Assembly (NCBI RefSeq): GCF_017348835.2
Contig: NZ_CP071375.1
Source of the DNA: Escherichia coli
GTDB taxonomy: Bacteria > Pseudomonadota > Gammaproteobacteria > Enterobacterales > Enterobacteriaceae
DNA: 64,000 nt
Strand: one strand, 5' to 3'
Shown: positions 44,586 through 55,908 of the stretch, piece after piece
Layout of the letters: each line of letters opens with the position of its first letter
How positions within the stretch are numbered: the stretch's first letter is position 1
The notes under the pieces: model-generated
Database searches by the model: none
The model's input: only the letters and a program-made list of their open reading frames with translations
Told to the model about the DNA's origin: nothing
Program-made: the position numbers and the translations under genes

Positions 44586-45488
44586 TCAAAAACACTCATT
44601 TAGACGGTCAATAAATCGTGAGAACACCAGATTGTTTAAAGAAGATTTATTATAGGAAATGTAAAGCTTTATTGAAGGTAACGGATGTTCTAGTTTTATC
44701 TCTTTTAAATTAAGAAAATCACGGTGGGAGTTATAAAGTTCATAGGGGACTATTCCCAGTAAATCTGTAACTGCAATGCTATTAATGATTGTCAGCAAAG
44801 AGGAACCACGAAATGAAATTTTGCGATTCATAAATCTCTCGTCTATTTCCATTTGAATATCATCAACCCCTGCTGATTTAGATATTAATTGGGTGAACTC
44901 TTCTGCCATAATTTGTTCATAAGTGCTATTGTCAGTAATTCGTGGATGCCTATTACTACAAATTAGAGTATTGCGAATCGTATGCAATGGCATGCAAATG
45001 ACGGAACGGCTGATCACTGGCATTTGGGTGATCACCAGATCGGCTTTGCGGTGAACCAACAGTTCTTCAGCATTCTCTGCTGACATGAGGATATCATGGC
45101 ACTCAATCTCGACAGAGGAATCTTGCCGTAGGCAGCGGATCAGCATACTATTATTAGAGCAAGAAATGAGCTGAGGGCCGTGAATAATAAAGTTTTTCTT
45201 TAGTTCGGACTTATTGACTATATTAATTGTTTGTTCAAGGCCTCTGAGATTTTTCTCAAGATGGTGATGCAGATTTAACCCTGTTGTCGTCGGCGCGATA
45301 CCTTTTCCTGAGCGAATGAATAAAGGGTCATTAAATTGCGCACGTAAGCGTTGTAACGACTGGCTCACGGCTGATGGGGTGATATATAGTGATTCAGCAG
45401 CTTTGCTAATGCTTAAATGCTGGTAAATACACTCAAATATGACAAGAAGATTTAAGTCGAACTTTTTCAAGTCGTAGAGATTGGTCAT
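44586..45488 (-). CDS. ybdO: YbdO, LysR-family transcriptional regulator
   Basis: 300-aa ORF; N-terminal LysR HTH (LSISKAAESLYITPSAVSQSLQRLR); markedly AT-rich coding sequence. Confidence 0.88.
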   Translation of the reverse strand: MTNLYDLKKFDLNLLVIFECIYQHLSISKAAESLYITPSAVSQSLQRLRAQFNDPLFIRSGKGIAPTTTGLNLHHHLEKNLRGLEQTINIVNKSELKKNFIIHGPQLISCSNNSMLIRCLRQDSSVEIECHDILMSAENAEELLVHRKADLVITQMPVISRSVICMPLHTIRNTLICSNRHPRITDNSTYEQIMAEEFTQLISKSAGVDDIQMEIDERFMNRKISFRGSSLLTIINSIAVTDLLGIVPYELYNSHRDFLNLKEIKLEHPLPSIKLYISYNKSSLNNLVFSRFIDRLNECF

Positions 45489-45696
45489 ACACTACTCCGG
45501 TTATATTTTTCTTCCATGATATATTCACTTAATCAATGTTTTTTGCGTATATATTTTTATTGGTTATGTTTTTTTGCTTAACTCAGGATTAAGTTTTTCT
45601 AAAATAGCACAGCCACTTAGGGCAGAGCGAGCAATTCATGCTTTTTTAGGATGGTTGAAAAGCAGGGATATAGTTCAACCATCCATGAATTACCTT

Positions 45697-46443
45697 TTAT
45701 TTATTTCCCATAATGATATTAAGCGTTTTCTGATCGGGCAACCCCACGGCCTGTTGCAGCGTATTTTCCTTACTCATGTAATAGATAGCCGGCGTGACAT
45801 TTGCCCCCAGATCGTCCATCAGTTTCTCATTGTCACTTAACACTTTCATTTGCTCTGTACTTACGTTTGCAGGCACGTTTAGCTTAAGCTTGCCACCAGA
45901 GGCTTCATATTCTTGCCAGGTTTTTGCGGGATCTTTGGAGGCAAGAATTGCCGCGGCTGTCGCCGGACTTTCTGGTTTGATAACCCCAACCAACAATGTT
46001 CTCAACTGTACTTTGCCAGAATCTACCCACGGGCGCGCCTGCTGCCAGAACTGTTTACAATATGGGCAGAACGGATCGGCGAAGACGTAGACAATGACCG
46101 GCGCGTCTTTTTTACCGTCGAGGAGCCAGTGGGATTGTTCCATCCGTTGCCACATTTCGCGTCCGGCTGGTGCGTAAATTTCTTTTTCGATAAGTGTGTT
46201 ACTCAGGTTTTCACCTTTCTCGTTGTACATGTAACCAGAGATAGCGTGCTTACCATCTGGAGTCAGGTAGATGGTGACGCCCATATCCTGATACTTTCCG
46301 AGATAACCTTTCATTCCTCCGGGGGCATCGAACGTTTTGATGATTGTAATGCCCTGTTTTTCAATCGCTTTTACTGGAGCAGGAAGTTCCTCTGCGAAGG
46401 CGATTGCAGGAAGCAGAGCCAGTAAAAGTATCTTTTTTAACAT
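45697..46443 (-). CDS. dsbG: DsbG, periplasmic disulfide isomerase
   Basis: ORF 45697-46503; start taken at [17 protein letters not shown] (signal peptide) giving 248 aa; CPYC active site. Confidence 0.92.
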
Positions 46444-46726
46444 TAATTTGTCCTTTTCAGTCAGTGCAAAAGTCGAGTAAAAGGCATAACCTATCACTGT
46501 CATAGGTAAGAGCTTAGATCAGGTGATTGCCCTTTGTTTATGAGGGTGTTGTAATCCATGTCGTTGTTGCATTTGTAAGGGCAACACCTCAGCCTGCAGG
46601 CAGGCGCTGAAGATACCAAAGGGTAGTTCAGATTACACGGTCACCTGGAAAGGGGGCCATTTTACTTTTTATCGCCGCTGGCGGTGCAAAGTTCACAAAG
46701 TTGTCTTACGAAGGTTGTAAGGTAAA

Positions 46727-46814
46727 ACTTATCGATTTGATAATGGAAACGCATTAGCCGAATCGGCAAAAATTGGTTACCTTACATCTCATCGAAAACA
46801 CGGAGGAAGTATAG
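46727..46814. promoter_or_regulatory. ahpC promoter / OxyR-binding region (approximate)
   Basis: Position upstream of ahpC in the divergent dsbG-ahpC region, with GGAGGAAG SD at 46801-46808; OxyR assignment from prior knowledge of the ahpC promoter, motif not derived here. Confidence 0.45.
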
Positions 46815-47378
46815 ATGTCCTTGATTAACACCAAAATTAAACCTTTTAAAAACCAGGCATTCAAAAACGGCGAATTCATCGAAATCACCGAAAAAGATAC
46901 CGAAGGCCGCTGGAGCGTCTTCTTCTTCTACCCGGCTGACTTTACTTTCGTATGCCCGACCGAACTGGGTGACGTTGCTGACCACTACGCAGAACTGCAG
47001 AAACTGGGCGTAGACGTATACGCAGTATCTACCGATACTCACTTCACCCACAAAGCATGGCACAGCAGCTCTGAAACCATCGCTAAAATCAAATATGCGA
47101 TGATCGGCGACCCGACTGGCGCCCTGACCCGTAACTTCGACAACATGCGTGAAGATGAAGGTCTGGCTGACCGTGCGACCTTCGTTGTTGACCCGCAGGG
47201 TATCATCCAGGCAATCGAAGTTACCGCTGAAGGCATTGGCCGTGACGCGTCTGACCTGCTGCGTAAAATCAAAGCAGCACAGTACGTAGCTTCTCACCCA
47301 GGTGAAGTTTGCCCGGCTAAATGGAAAGAAGGTGAAGCAACTCTGGCTCCGTCTCTGGACCTGGTTGGTAAAATCTAA
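46815..47378 (+). CDS. ahpC: AhpC, alkyl hydroperoxide reductase peroxiredoxin
   Basis: 187-aa ORF; peroxidatic Cys motif FTFVCPTE; strong SD; highly expressed-type codon usage. Confidence 0.97.
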   Translation: MSLINTKIKPFKNQAFKNGEFIEITEKDTEGRWSVFFFYPADFTFVCPTELGDVADHYAELQKLGVDVYAVSTDTHFTHKAWHSSSETIAKIKYAMIGDPTGALTRNFDNMREDEGLADRATFVVDPQGIIQAIEVTAEGIGRDASDLLRKIKAAQYVASHPGEVCPAKWKEGEATLAPSLDLVGKI

Positions 47379-47517
47379 ATTTCCTTCGTCTTTCACGCCA
47401 TAGCGGCGTTGGCGTCGCCCGTTCACCCCGGTCACTTACTTATGTAAGCTCCCGGGGATTCACAGGCTAGCCGCCTTGCTCTGACGCGAAATACTTCGGA
47501 AATTCACCTAATTCTTC

Positions 47518-47540
47518 GGGTGCTGCGGCACCCGATTTTC
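47518..47540 (+). terminator. Hairpin plus U-rich tract in the ahpC-ahpF spacer (partial terminator/attenuator)
   Basis: GGGTGC-TGCG-GCACCC followed by GATTTTCTTCC, read directly. Confidence 0.5.
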
Positions 47541-47622
47541 TTCCCCGCACCATGATGCAAGCTGCATCCAGGTAGCCGCAGAGGCCGCTTGCATGATGAT
47601 GTTTAAAGCCCAGGAGATAAAC

Positions 47623-49188
47623 ATGCTCGACACAAATATGAAAACTCAACTCAAGGCTTACCTTGAGAAATTGACCAAGCCTGTTGAGTTAATTGCCACG
47701 CTGGATGACAGCGCTAAATCGGCAGAAATCAAGGAACTGTTGGCTGAAATCGCAGAACTGTCAGACAAAGTCACCTTTAAAGAAGATAACAGCTTGCCGG
47801 TGCGTAAGCCGTCTTTCCTGATCACCAACCCAGGTTCCAACCAGGGGCCACGTTTTGCAGGCTCCCCGCTGGGCCACGAGTTCACCTCGCTGGTACTGGC
47901 GTTACTGTGGACCGGTGGTCATCCGTCGAAAGAAGCGCAGTCTCTGCTGGAGCAGATTCGCCATATTGACGGTGATTTTGAATTCGAAACCTATTACTCG
48001 CTCTCTTGCCATAACTGCCCGGACGTGGTGCAGGCGCTGAACCTGATGAGCGTATTGAACCCGCGCATCAAGCACACTGCAATTGACGGCGGCACCTTCC
48101 AGAACGAGATCACTGATCGTAACGTGATGGGCGTTCCGGCAGTGTTCGTGAACGGGAAAGAGTTTGGTCAGGGCCGCATGACGTTGACTGAAATCGTTGC
48201 CAAAATTGATACGGGCGCGGAAAAACGTGCGGCAGAAGAGCTGAACAAGCGTGATGCTTATGACGTATTAATCGTTGGTTCCGGCCCGGCGGGTGCAGCG
48301 GCAGCAATTTACTCCGCACGTAAAGGCATCCGTACCGGTCTGATGGGCGAACGTTTTGGTGGTCAGATCCTCGATACCGTTGATATCGAAAACTACATTT
48401 CTGTACCGAAGACTGAAGGGCAGAAGTTGGCAGGCGCACTGAAAGTTCACGTTGATGAATACGACGTTGATGTGATCGACAGCCAGAGCGCCAGCAAACT
48501 GATCCCGGCAGCGGTTGAAGGTGGTCTACACCAGATTGAAACAGCTTCTGGCGCGGTACTGAAAGCACGCAGCATTATCGTGGCGACCGGTGCAAAATGG
48601 CGCAACATGAATGTTCCGGGCGAAGATCAGTATCGCACCAAAGGCGTGACCTACTGCCCGCACTGCGACGGTCCGCTGTTTAAAGGCAAACGCGTAGCGG
48701 TTATCGGCGGCGGTAACTCCGGCGTGGAAGCGGCAATCGACCTGGCGGGTATCGTTGAGCACGTAACGCTGCTGGAATTTGCGCCAGAAATGAAAGCCGA
48801 CCAGGTTCTGCAGGACAAACTGCGCAGCCTGAAAAACGTCGACATCATTCTGAATGCGCAAACTACGGAAGTGAAAGGCGACGGCAGCAAAGTCGTTGGT
48901 CTGGAATATCGTGATCGTGTCAGCGGCGATATTCACAACATCGAACTGGCCGGTATTTTCGTCCAGATTGGTCTGCTGCCGAACACCAACTGGCTGGAAG
49001 GCGCAGTCGAACGTAACCGCATGGGTGAGATTATCATTGATGCGAAATGCGAAACCAACGTCAAAGGCGTATTCGCAGCGGGTGACTGTACGACGGTTCC
49101 GTACAAGCAGATCATCATCGCCACTGGCGAAGGTGCCAAAGCCTCTCTGAGTGCTTTTGACTACCTGATTCGCACCAAAACTGCATAA
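47623..49188 (+). CDS. ahpF: AhpF, alkyl hydroperoxide reductase flavoprotein subunit
   Basis: ORF 47593-49188; start taken at [13 protein letters not shown] giving 521 aa; FAD motif [12 protein letters not shown], redox CPHCDG. Confidence 0.95.
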
Positions 49189-49217
49189 GAAGAAGTAAGA
49201 TTCACCTGCAATTGCTT

Positions 49218-49249
49218 AGCCGCCGGGGTCAAACCTGGCGGCTTTTTTA
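49218..49249 (+). terminator. Rho-independent terminator of ahpF
   Basis: AGCCGCC-N12-GGCGGCT followed by TTTTTT; a second GC-rich imperfect hairpin (49261-49288) with T-run on the minus strand probably terminates convergent uspG. Confidence 0.75.
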
Positions 49250-49308
49250 TGGCAATAAAAAGCCCCGCCGGGATGGCTCCGGGCAGGGCTGGAGACTTAT
49301 TCTGGCAA

Positions 49309-49737
49309 TTAACGCACAACCAGCACCGGCAGATTGGCGTGGCGGATCACGCTCGAGGCGTTAGAACCTAACAGATGGGTCGAAATCGATGGGTTGCGAG
49401 AACCGATAACTACAACATCAGCCCCCAGTTCTTCTGCCAACTCATTGACTTCATCCCGCACGCTACCAAAACGGACATGTTGTTTAATGCGGGAAGGATC
49501 GATGGTGAAGTGGCTGACCATCGTTTGCAGACGTTCTTCTGCTTCATGTTGCAGATGCTCTTCAAAACGACGCACATCAGCGGCAAAACGGTGCAGGCTC
49601 AGGCTGGCTGACCCGGGTAGTACGTGAAGTAGATGAATAACTCCGTCATCCTGAGCGAGGAATTCAGCGTGGCGAACAGCTTTGTCGCTCAATTCCATTT
49701 CAAATACATCAACTGGCATAATGATTGTCTTATACAT
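49309..49737 (-). CDS. uspG: UspG, universal stress protein G
   Basis: 142-aa ORF; Usp fold features; recognised by recall. Confidence 0.9.
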   Translation of the reverse strand: MYKTIIMPVDVFEMELSDKAVRHAEFLAQDDGVIHLLHVLPGSASLSLHRFAADVRRFEEHLQHEAEERLQTMVSHFTIDPSRIKQHVRFGSVRDEVNELAEELGADVVVIGSRNPSISTHLLGSNASSVIRHANLPVLVVR

Positions 49738-49957
49738 AACCCTTTCTCCCTGTTAATCATGAACAAATCATTCGCCATGATTATAATATTTATCCCTGAT
49801 ATTTGTCTGGTTCTTTTTCCTTACGAACGGTTTCTGTGATGAATATATTCTCACTGAACACCAGGAATTCTCCCAAAACCTGCGGTACCGCCCGTTTTCC
49901 CGCTGTGATAGCTACCCTTAAAGACTGACTCTTTTTTGAACTGTCTCTGGAGGTTGC

Positions 49958-51196
49958 ATGAAAGCATTGACTTATCACGGCCCACATCACGTTCAGGTAG
50001 AAAATGTTCCCGATCCGGGCATTGAACAGGCAGATGATATTATTCTGCGTATAACGGCAACGGCGATCTGTGGCTCTGACCTCCATCTTTATCGAGGCAA
50101 AATACCCCAGGTTAAACATGGCGATATTTTTGGTCATGAATTTATGGGGGAAGTCGTTGAAACCGGAAAGGACGTAAAAAATTTGCAAAAAGGCGACCGG
50201 GTGGTAATTCCGTTCGTCATTGCTTGTGGCGACTGTTTTTTCTGTCGATTACAGCAATATGCCGCCTGCGAAAATACCAATGCGGGTAAAGGCGCTGCGC
50301 TCAATAAAAAACAGATACCAGCACCAGCGGCATTGTTTGGTTATAGTCACCTGTATGGTGGCGTTCCTGGCGGGCAGGCGGAATATGTCCGCGTCCCTAA
50401 AGGGAATGTGGGGCCGTTTAAAGTACCGCCTTTGCTTTCAGATGATAAAGCCCTTTTCCTTTCTGATATTCTGCCAACGGCATGGCAGGCAGCAAAAAAT
50501 GCGCAGATCCAACAAGGTTCAAGCGTTGCAGTCTATGGTGTTGGTCCTGTGGGATTGTTGACAATCGCCTGTGCACGGTTGCTCGGTGCGGAACAGATTT
50601 TTGTTGTTGATCATCATCCCTACCGCTTGCATTTCGCCGCCGACCGCTACGGCGCGATCCCGATTAATTTTGATGAAGACAGCGATCCGGCACAGTCAAT
50701 TATTGAACAAACGGCAGGTCACCGGGGCGTGGATGCAGTAATAGACGCCGTCGGTTTTGAAGCGAAAGGCAGCACCACGGAAACGATGCTGACTAACCTG
50801 AAACTGGAGGGCAGCAGCGGTAAAGCGTTGCGCCAGTGTATTGCGGCGGTCAGGCGTGGCGGCATTGTTAGCGTACCGGGCGTCTACGCTGGATTTATTC
50901 ACGGTTTCCTGTTTGGCGACGCCTTTGATAAAGGGTTGACGTTTAAAATGGGACAGACCCACGTTCACGCATGGCTGGGAGAATTATTACCGTTAATTGA
51001 GAAAGGATTACTGAAACCAGAAGAAATTGTTACCCACTATATGCCGTTTGAAGAGGCCGCCCGGGGATATGAGATTTTCGAAAAACGTGAAGAGGAGTGC
51101 CGTAAGGTGATTCTGGTACCCGGTGCACAAAGCGCAGAGGCGGCGCAGAAGGCGGTTTCAGGTCTGGTGAATGCGATGCCGGGGGGAACAATATGA
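49958..51196 (+). CDS. ybdR: YbdR, Zn-dependent alcohol dehydrogenase family oxidoreductase
   Basis: 412-aa ORF; zinc-ADH motifs GHEFMGEV and CGDCFFC. Confidence 0.9.
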   Translation: MKALTYHGPHHVQVENVPDPGIEQADDIILRITATAICGSDLHLYRGKIPQVKHGDIFGHEFMGEVVETGKDVKNLQKGDRVVIPFVIACGDCFFCRLQQYAACENTNAGKGAALNKKQIPAPAALFGYSHLYGGVPGGQAEYVRVPKGNVGPFKVPPLLSDDKALFLSDILPTAWQAAKNAQIQQGSSVAVYGVGPVGLLTIACARLLGAEQIFVVDHHPYRLHFAADRYGAIPINFDEDSDPAQSIIEQTAGHRGVDAVIDAVGFEAKGSTTETMLTNLKLEGSSGKALRQCIAAVRRGGIVSVPGVYAGFIHGFLFGDAFDKGLTFKMGQTHVHAWLGELLPLIEKGLLKPEEIVTHYMPFEEAARGYEIFEKREEECRKVILVPGAQSAEAAQKAVSGLVNAMPGGTI

Positions 51197-51199
51197 TCG

Positions 51200-51289
51200 T
51201 CAGGAGTGGTTTTCGAGGTAAAGGACAGCCATGACGATAATCGCCGCCATAATCAGAAATCCTATCAGGATGTAAAATGCTTCTGCCAT
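51200..51289 (-). CDS. Candidate 29-aa single-TM small protein, MAEAFYILIGFLIMAAIIVMAVLYLENHS (hypothetical)
   Basis: ATG at 51289 to TGA at 51200; 21-residue uninterrupted hydrophobic core flanked by acidic/polar ends; weak SD-like GGAA upstream; no homology evidence available. Confidence 0.35.
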   Translation of the reverse strand: MAEAFYILIGFLIMAAIIVMAVLYLENHS

Positions 51290-51426
51290 GGTTATTTCCA
51301 CAAACGAAACGGAATAATTTTGCAGCAAAAGTGAACAGTGAGAACCAGGAAAAATTGCTGATTTTGCGTAAAGAGGATGCGAGTGCATCCTCTGGGCAAA
51401 GCGAGTTATCGCTTGTGCAGATGGGA

Positions 51427-51837
51427 TTAAAGCAGGTAGTCGCCAGCAGCTTCTGGCTGGTATTCGAGTTCCAGCACTTCAAGGTGGGTTGCAACGCCGC
51501 CCGGAAGTTCCCAGTGAATGGAATCGCCAACGCGCAGCCCCAGCAGTGCGGCACCTACCGGAGCCATAACGGAAAGCTGAGTATTGCTATCGGTCATTTT
51601 TGCCGGATACACCAGCGTGCGCACACGCACTTCGCCATCGCTAAGATTGCGGAATTTAACCCGGCTGTTCATTGTCACCACGTCGTGTGGCATCTCTTCT
51701 GGCGAACACATTTGGGCGCGATCCAACTCTGCGTTTAACGCGTCGGCGATTGGCAAACCAGCATAGGCGGGCTGCTCCAGCAGAATATCGATGCGTTCGG
51801 CATCCAGGTCGTTAATGATGATAGTTGGTCTGGACAT
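51427..51837 (-). CDS. rnk: Rnk, regulator of nucleoside diphosphate kinase (GreA/GreB-like)
   Basis: 136-aa ORF; recognised by recall. Confidence 0.9.
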
Positions 51838-52066
51838 TTTTACTCCATGTCGTCGGTACTGCGAGTGTCGCAGATAAACATACCCAAAAGAAAACCCTCA
51901 CCGTCAGGCGGCGAGGGTTTAACTCACATGATGATACTGACTGTTGCTCACTCTTTGAAGTGATTTGCGTCACATTCAGGGAATTCCTCAATGCAGCGCA
52001 TTATGTATAAATCTTAATCGCCTTGGTTTATGGAAGACGAATTAGCGTGTTTTGTAAATCAGAGGA

Positions 52067-52873
52067 TTAATAACCCGCTTTATCAATCACAAAGGTTTTG
52101 CCACAGTTACCTGGGTGAGGTTGTGGCAAGAATGAGTTTGCAGAAAGCGGAGCGTTGATGGCGTCAGCTTTGATCGAGATCTGAATTTCAGTCAAATACG
52201 CAGGGTTACCCTGGCACGTTAGCTTAACTGCTTTCACGTTCTCTTTTCCCCAGCTTTTGGCAAAGGCAGCGTCAAAGTCACGGCGGCTCACTGTTTTACC
52301 GTAATTATCAGCAAGGAATTTTCCGGCTTCGCTCTCTTTAATTTCTTGATTCAGGCGTACCATCGTACCGAAGTATGCGTCCGGATCAAAACCAAAGCAG
52401 GCACCGTGTTTGGCATATTCGTAGCGTTCCAGGCAGGAACGTCCGCCAGCTCCTGGCATGACTTCACTTAGTTTAGCGGCCGTTTCCAGTGATAATCCGG
52501 TTTCCGGCGATGAACACATCCGGCTGGCGCGCGCTTCTGGTAGATTCGGGATTGGGCGAGTAGCGCAACCGAAGCGCATCCAGCGGCGTTCATCAACACC
52601 ACGGGCAGCAACCGATTTAGGCAATCCTGGCCACAGACCATGTACGGTCAGAAAATCAGCTTTGTTGGTCGTTTCGGTTTGCAGGCGACATTCATCTCGT
52701 TCGTTACGATTTCGATCGTGTTGACTCTGGCAAAATCCGGTTTGCCAGGAGAGAGCCAGGACATAGCGATCAAAATCGCCATACTGTTTTGCCTGCAACG
52801 CTAAGGCGTTGGCAGAAGAGAAGGGAAGCAGAGAAACCGCGAGCAACGCGGCGTTACGCCAGAATGCTTTCAT
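52067..52873 (-). CDS. rna: RNase I (periplasmic T2-family ribonuclease)
   Basis: ORF 52067-52891; start taken at MKAFWRNAALLAVSLLPFSSANA (signal peptide) giving 268 aa. Confidence 0.92.
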   Translation of the reverse strand: MKAFWRNAALLAVSLLPFSSANALALQAKQYGDFDRYVLALSWQTGFCQSQHDRNRNERDECRLQTETTNKADFLTVHGLWPGLPKSVAARGVDERRWMRFGCATRPIPNLPEARASRMCSSPETGLSLETAAKLSEVMPGAGGRSCLERYEYAKHGACFGFDPDAYFGTMVRLNQEIKESEAGKFLADNYGKTVSRRDFDAAFAKSWGKENVKAVKLTCQGNPAYLTEIQISIKADAINAPLSANSFLPQPHPGNCGKTFVIDKAGY

Positions 52874-52927
52874 AATGGGTGTGGAACTCATACATACACT
52901 GAATACTATCTATTAAATCATAAAAAA

Positions 52928-52955
52928 GCCCGCCAGGTGGGCTTACCTGGCGGGC
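52928..52955 (-). terminator. Rho-independent terminator of the cit operon (after citT)
   Basis: GCCCGCCAGG-N8-CCTGGCGGGC perfect 10-bp stem with a run of 6 T on the minus strand (A-run 52922-52927). Confidence 0.8.
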
Positions 52956-52986
52956 GTGATGATTTATTCAGCGTTTGGCGAACGTA

Positions 52987-54450
52987 TTAGTTCCACATGG
53001 CGAGAATCGGCCAGCCAACCAACAGCAACATAGAGATGTAAATCACCCCGAAGATTGCGCCAAGACGCCAGTAATCTTTTGATTTCACATAGCCACAGCC
53101 GTAAATAATCACCCCAGGACCGGTTGCATACGGCGTCAGACAGCCCATGATACCGATAGACAGCACCAGCAGGATACATAGTTGTTCCATTGGTACGCCC
53201 GGAATACCTTTACCGACGGCCAGAATAACCGGCAGCATGGTTGCGGTGTGCGCAGACAGGCTGGCAAACAGGTAGTGTGCAAAGTAGAACACCAGAACCA
53301 GTACAATCACCGTTGCGTTTGGTGAGAATCCTTCCAGGTGCGTACTCATGGTACCGGCGAACCAGTCAATAAAGCCTGAACGAGTCAGGCCGTTAGCCAT
53401 CACAACCAGCGTTGCCAGGTTGACCAGCGTGTTCCATGCGCTGTTATAGCGGGTAATGTCTTTCCACGGCACAACGTGCAGGGCCAGCATTAGCGAAACT
53501 GCCAGCAGACCAACCGCAGTAGCATTAATGACTTCACTGCCAAATACCCACAAACCTAAGCTGAGCAATACAAGGCCAATCAGCGTCCACTCTCTGCGTG
53601 TCAGCGCACCCATGGTTTTTAGTTCATCACCCGCCCAGGTTGCCACTTCTTCACTGTGTGTGATTTCCGGTTTGTACAGCACGTAGGAAAGCCACGGCGC
53701 AATGATAAGCAAGATAACCCCAACCGGCAGGAAGCAGAGGAACCACTGCAACCAGCTAATCTGGATACCGGCAATTTTGCTGACGAACTCCAGACCCAGC
53801 ACGTTTGGTGCCGCACCGGTGACAAACATGGACGAACTCAGACTGGTACTAATGACCATCATCCACATCAAATAGCCGCCAATACGACGCGCGGACGGAT
53901 CGTTCGGGAATGATTTAAACAGCGGCGGCAGGTTTTTAATGACCGGAAAAACCGTACCCCCGGTACGCGCGGTGTTGGACGGTGTAAACGGTGCCAGCAG
54001 AATGTCGATAATGACAATCGCATAACCCAACGTCAGCGTGCGTTTGCCCATGAATTTCACCAGGAAAAGGGCAATGCGACGACCTAACCCGGAAACTTCA
54101 TACCCTAATGCAAAAATAAATGCGCCAAATACCAGCCATACCGTGGTGCTGGAAAAACCAGCCAGACCCCATTTCAGCGCCTGTTTTTGCGCATTAAACG
54201 CTGGGTCAGCTAATTCTTTGGCATCAAAGAGCAGGTAATTACTGCCAATAACGCAAATAGTAACCGCAATAAAACTGATCGCTGTTGCCGGAATTGGCTC
54301 GAGGATCATGCCGACAATCATTGCCACAAACACAGCGAAGTAATGCCATGCCTGCGGCGGCATACCGTCGGGGACAGGGATAAGAAACATGACGCCCATC
54401 ACCACCAGTGGAGCCAATAGTTTCCATATATTATCTTTTGCTAAAGACAT
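52987..54450 (-). CDS. citT: CitT, citrate:succinate antiporter
   Basis: 487-aa polytopic membrane ORF; recognised by recall. Confidence 0.93.
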   Translation of the reverse strand: MSLAKDNIWKLLAPLVVMGVMFLIPVPDGMPPQAWHYFAVFVAMIVGMILEPIPATAISFIAVTICVIGSNYLLFDAKELADPAFNAQKQALKWGLAGFSSTTVWLVFGAFIFALGYEVSGLGRRIALFLVKFMGKRTLTLGYAIVIIDILLAPFTPSNTARTGGTVFPVIKNLPPLFKSFPNDPSARRIGGYLMWMMVISTSLSSSMFVTGAAPNVLGLEFVSKIAGIQISWLQWFLCFLPVGVILLIIAPWLSYVLYKPEITHSEEVATWAGDELKTMGALTRREWTLIGLVLLSLGLWVFGSEVINATAVGLLAVSLMLALHVVPWKDITRYNSAWNTLVNLATLVVMANGLTRSGFIDWFAGTMSTHLEGFSPNATVIVLVLVFYFAHYLFASLSAHTATMLPVILAVGKGIPGVPMEQLCILLVLSIGIMGCLTPYATGPGVIIYGCGYVKSKDYWRLGAIFGVIYISMLLLVGWPILAMWN

Positions 54451-54500
54451 ACGGGTTCTCCGAAAATTAATATTTCAAAATTTATCAAGTGCTTAAATAA

Positions 54501-55905
<1,405 letters not shown>

Positions 55906-55908
55906 GGC

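Noticed and set aside
46782-47435. 217-aa minus-strand ORF fully overlapping ahpC
   Set aside because: ahpC on the plus strand has the peroxiredoxin active-site motif, strong SD and highly expressed codon usage; the antisense frame is a by-product
49759-49839. 26-codon hydrophobic ORF (MNKSFAMIIIFIPDICLVLFPYERFL) in the uspG-ybdR spacer
   Set aside because: Sits in an AT-rich promoter region where hydrophobic codons arise by composition; helix interrupted by Pro/Asp; no SD. Kept as less convincing than the 51200-51289 candidate
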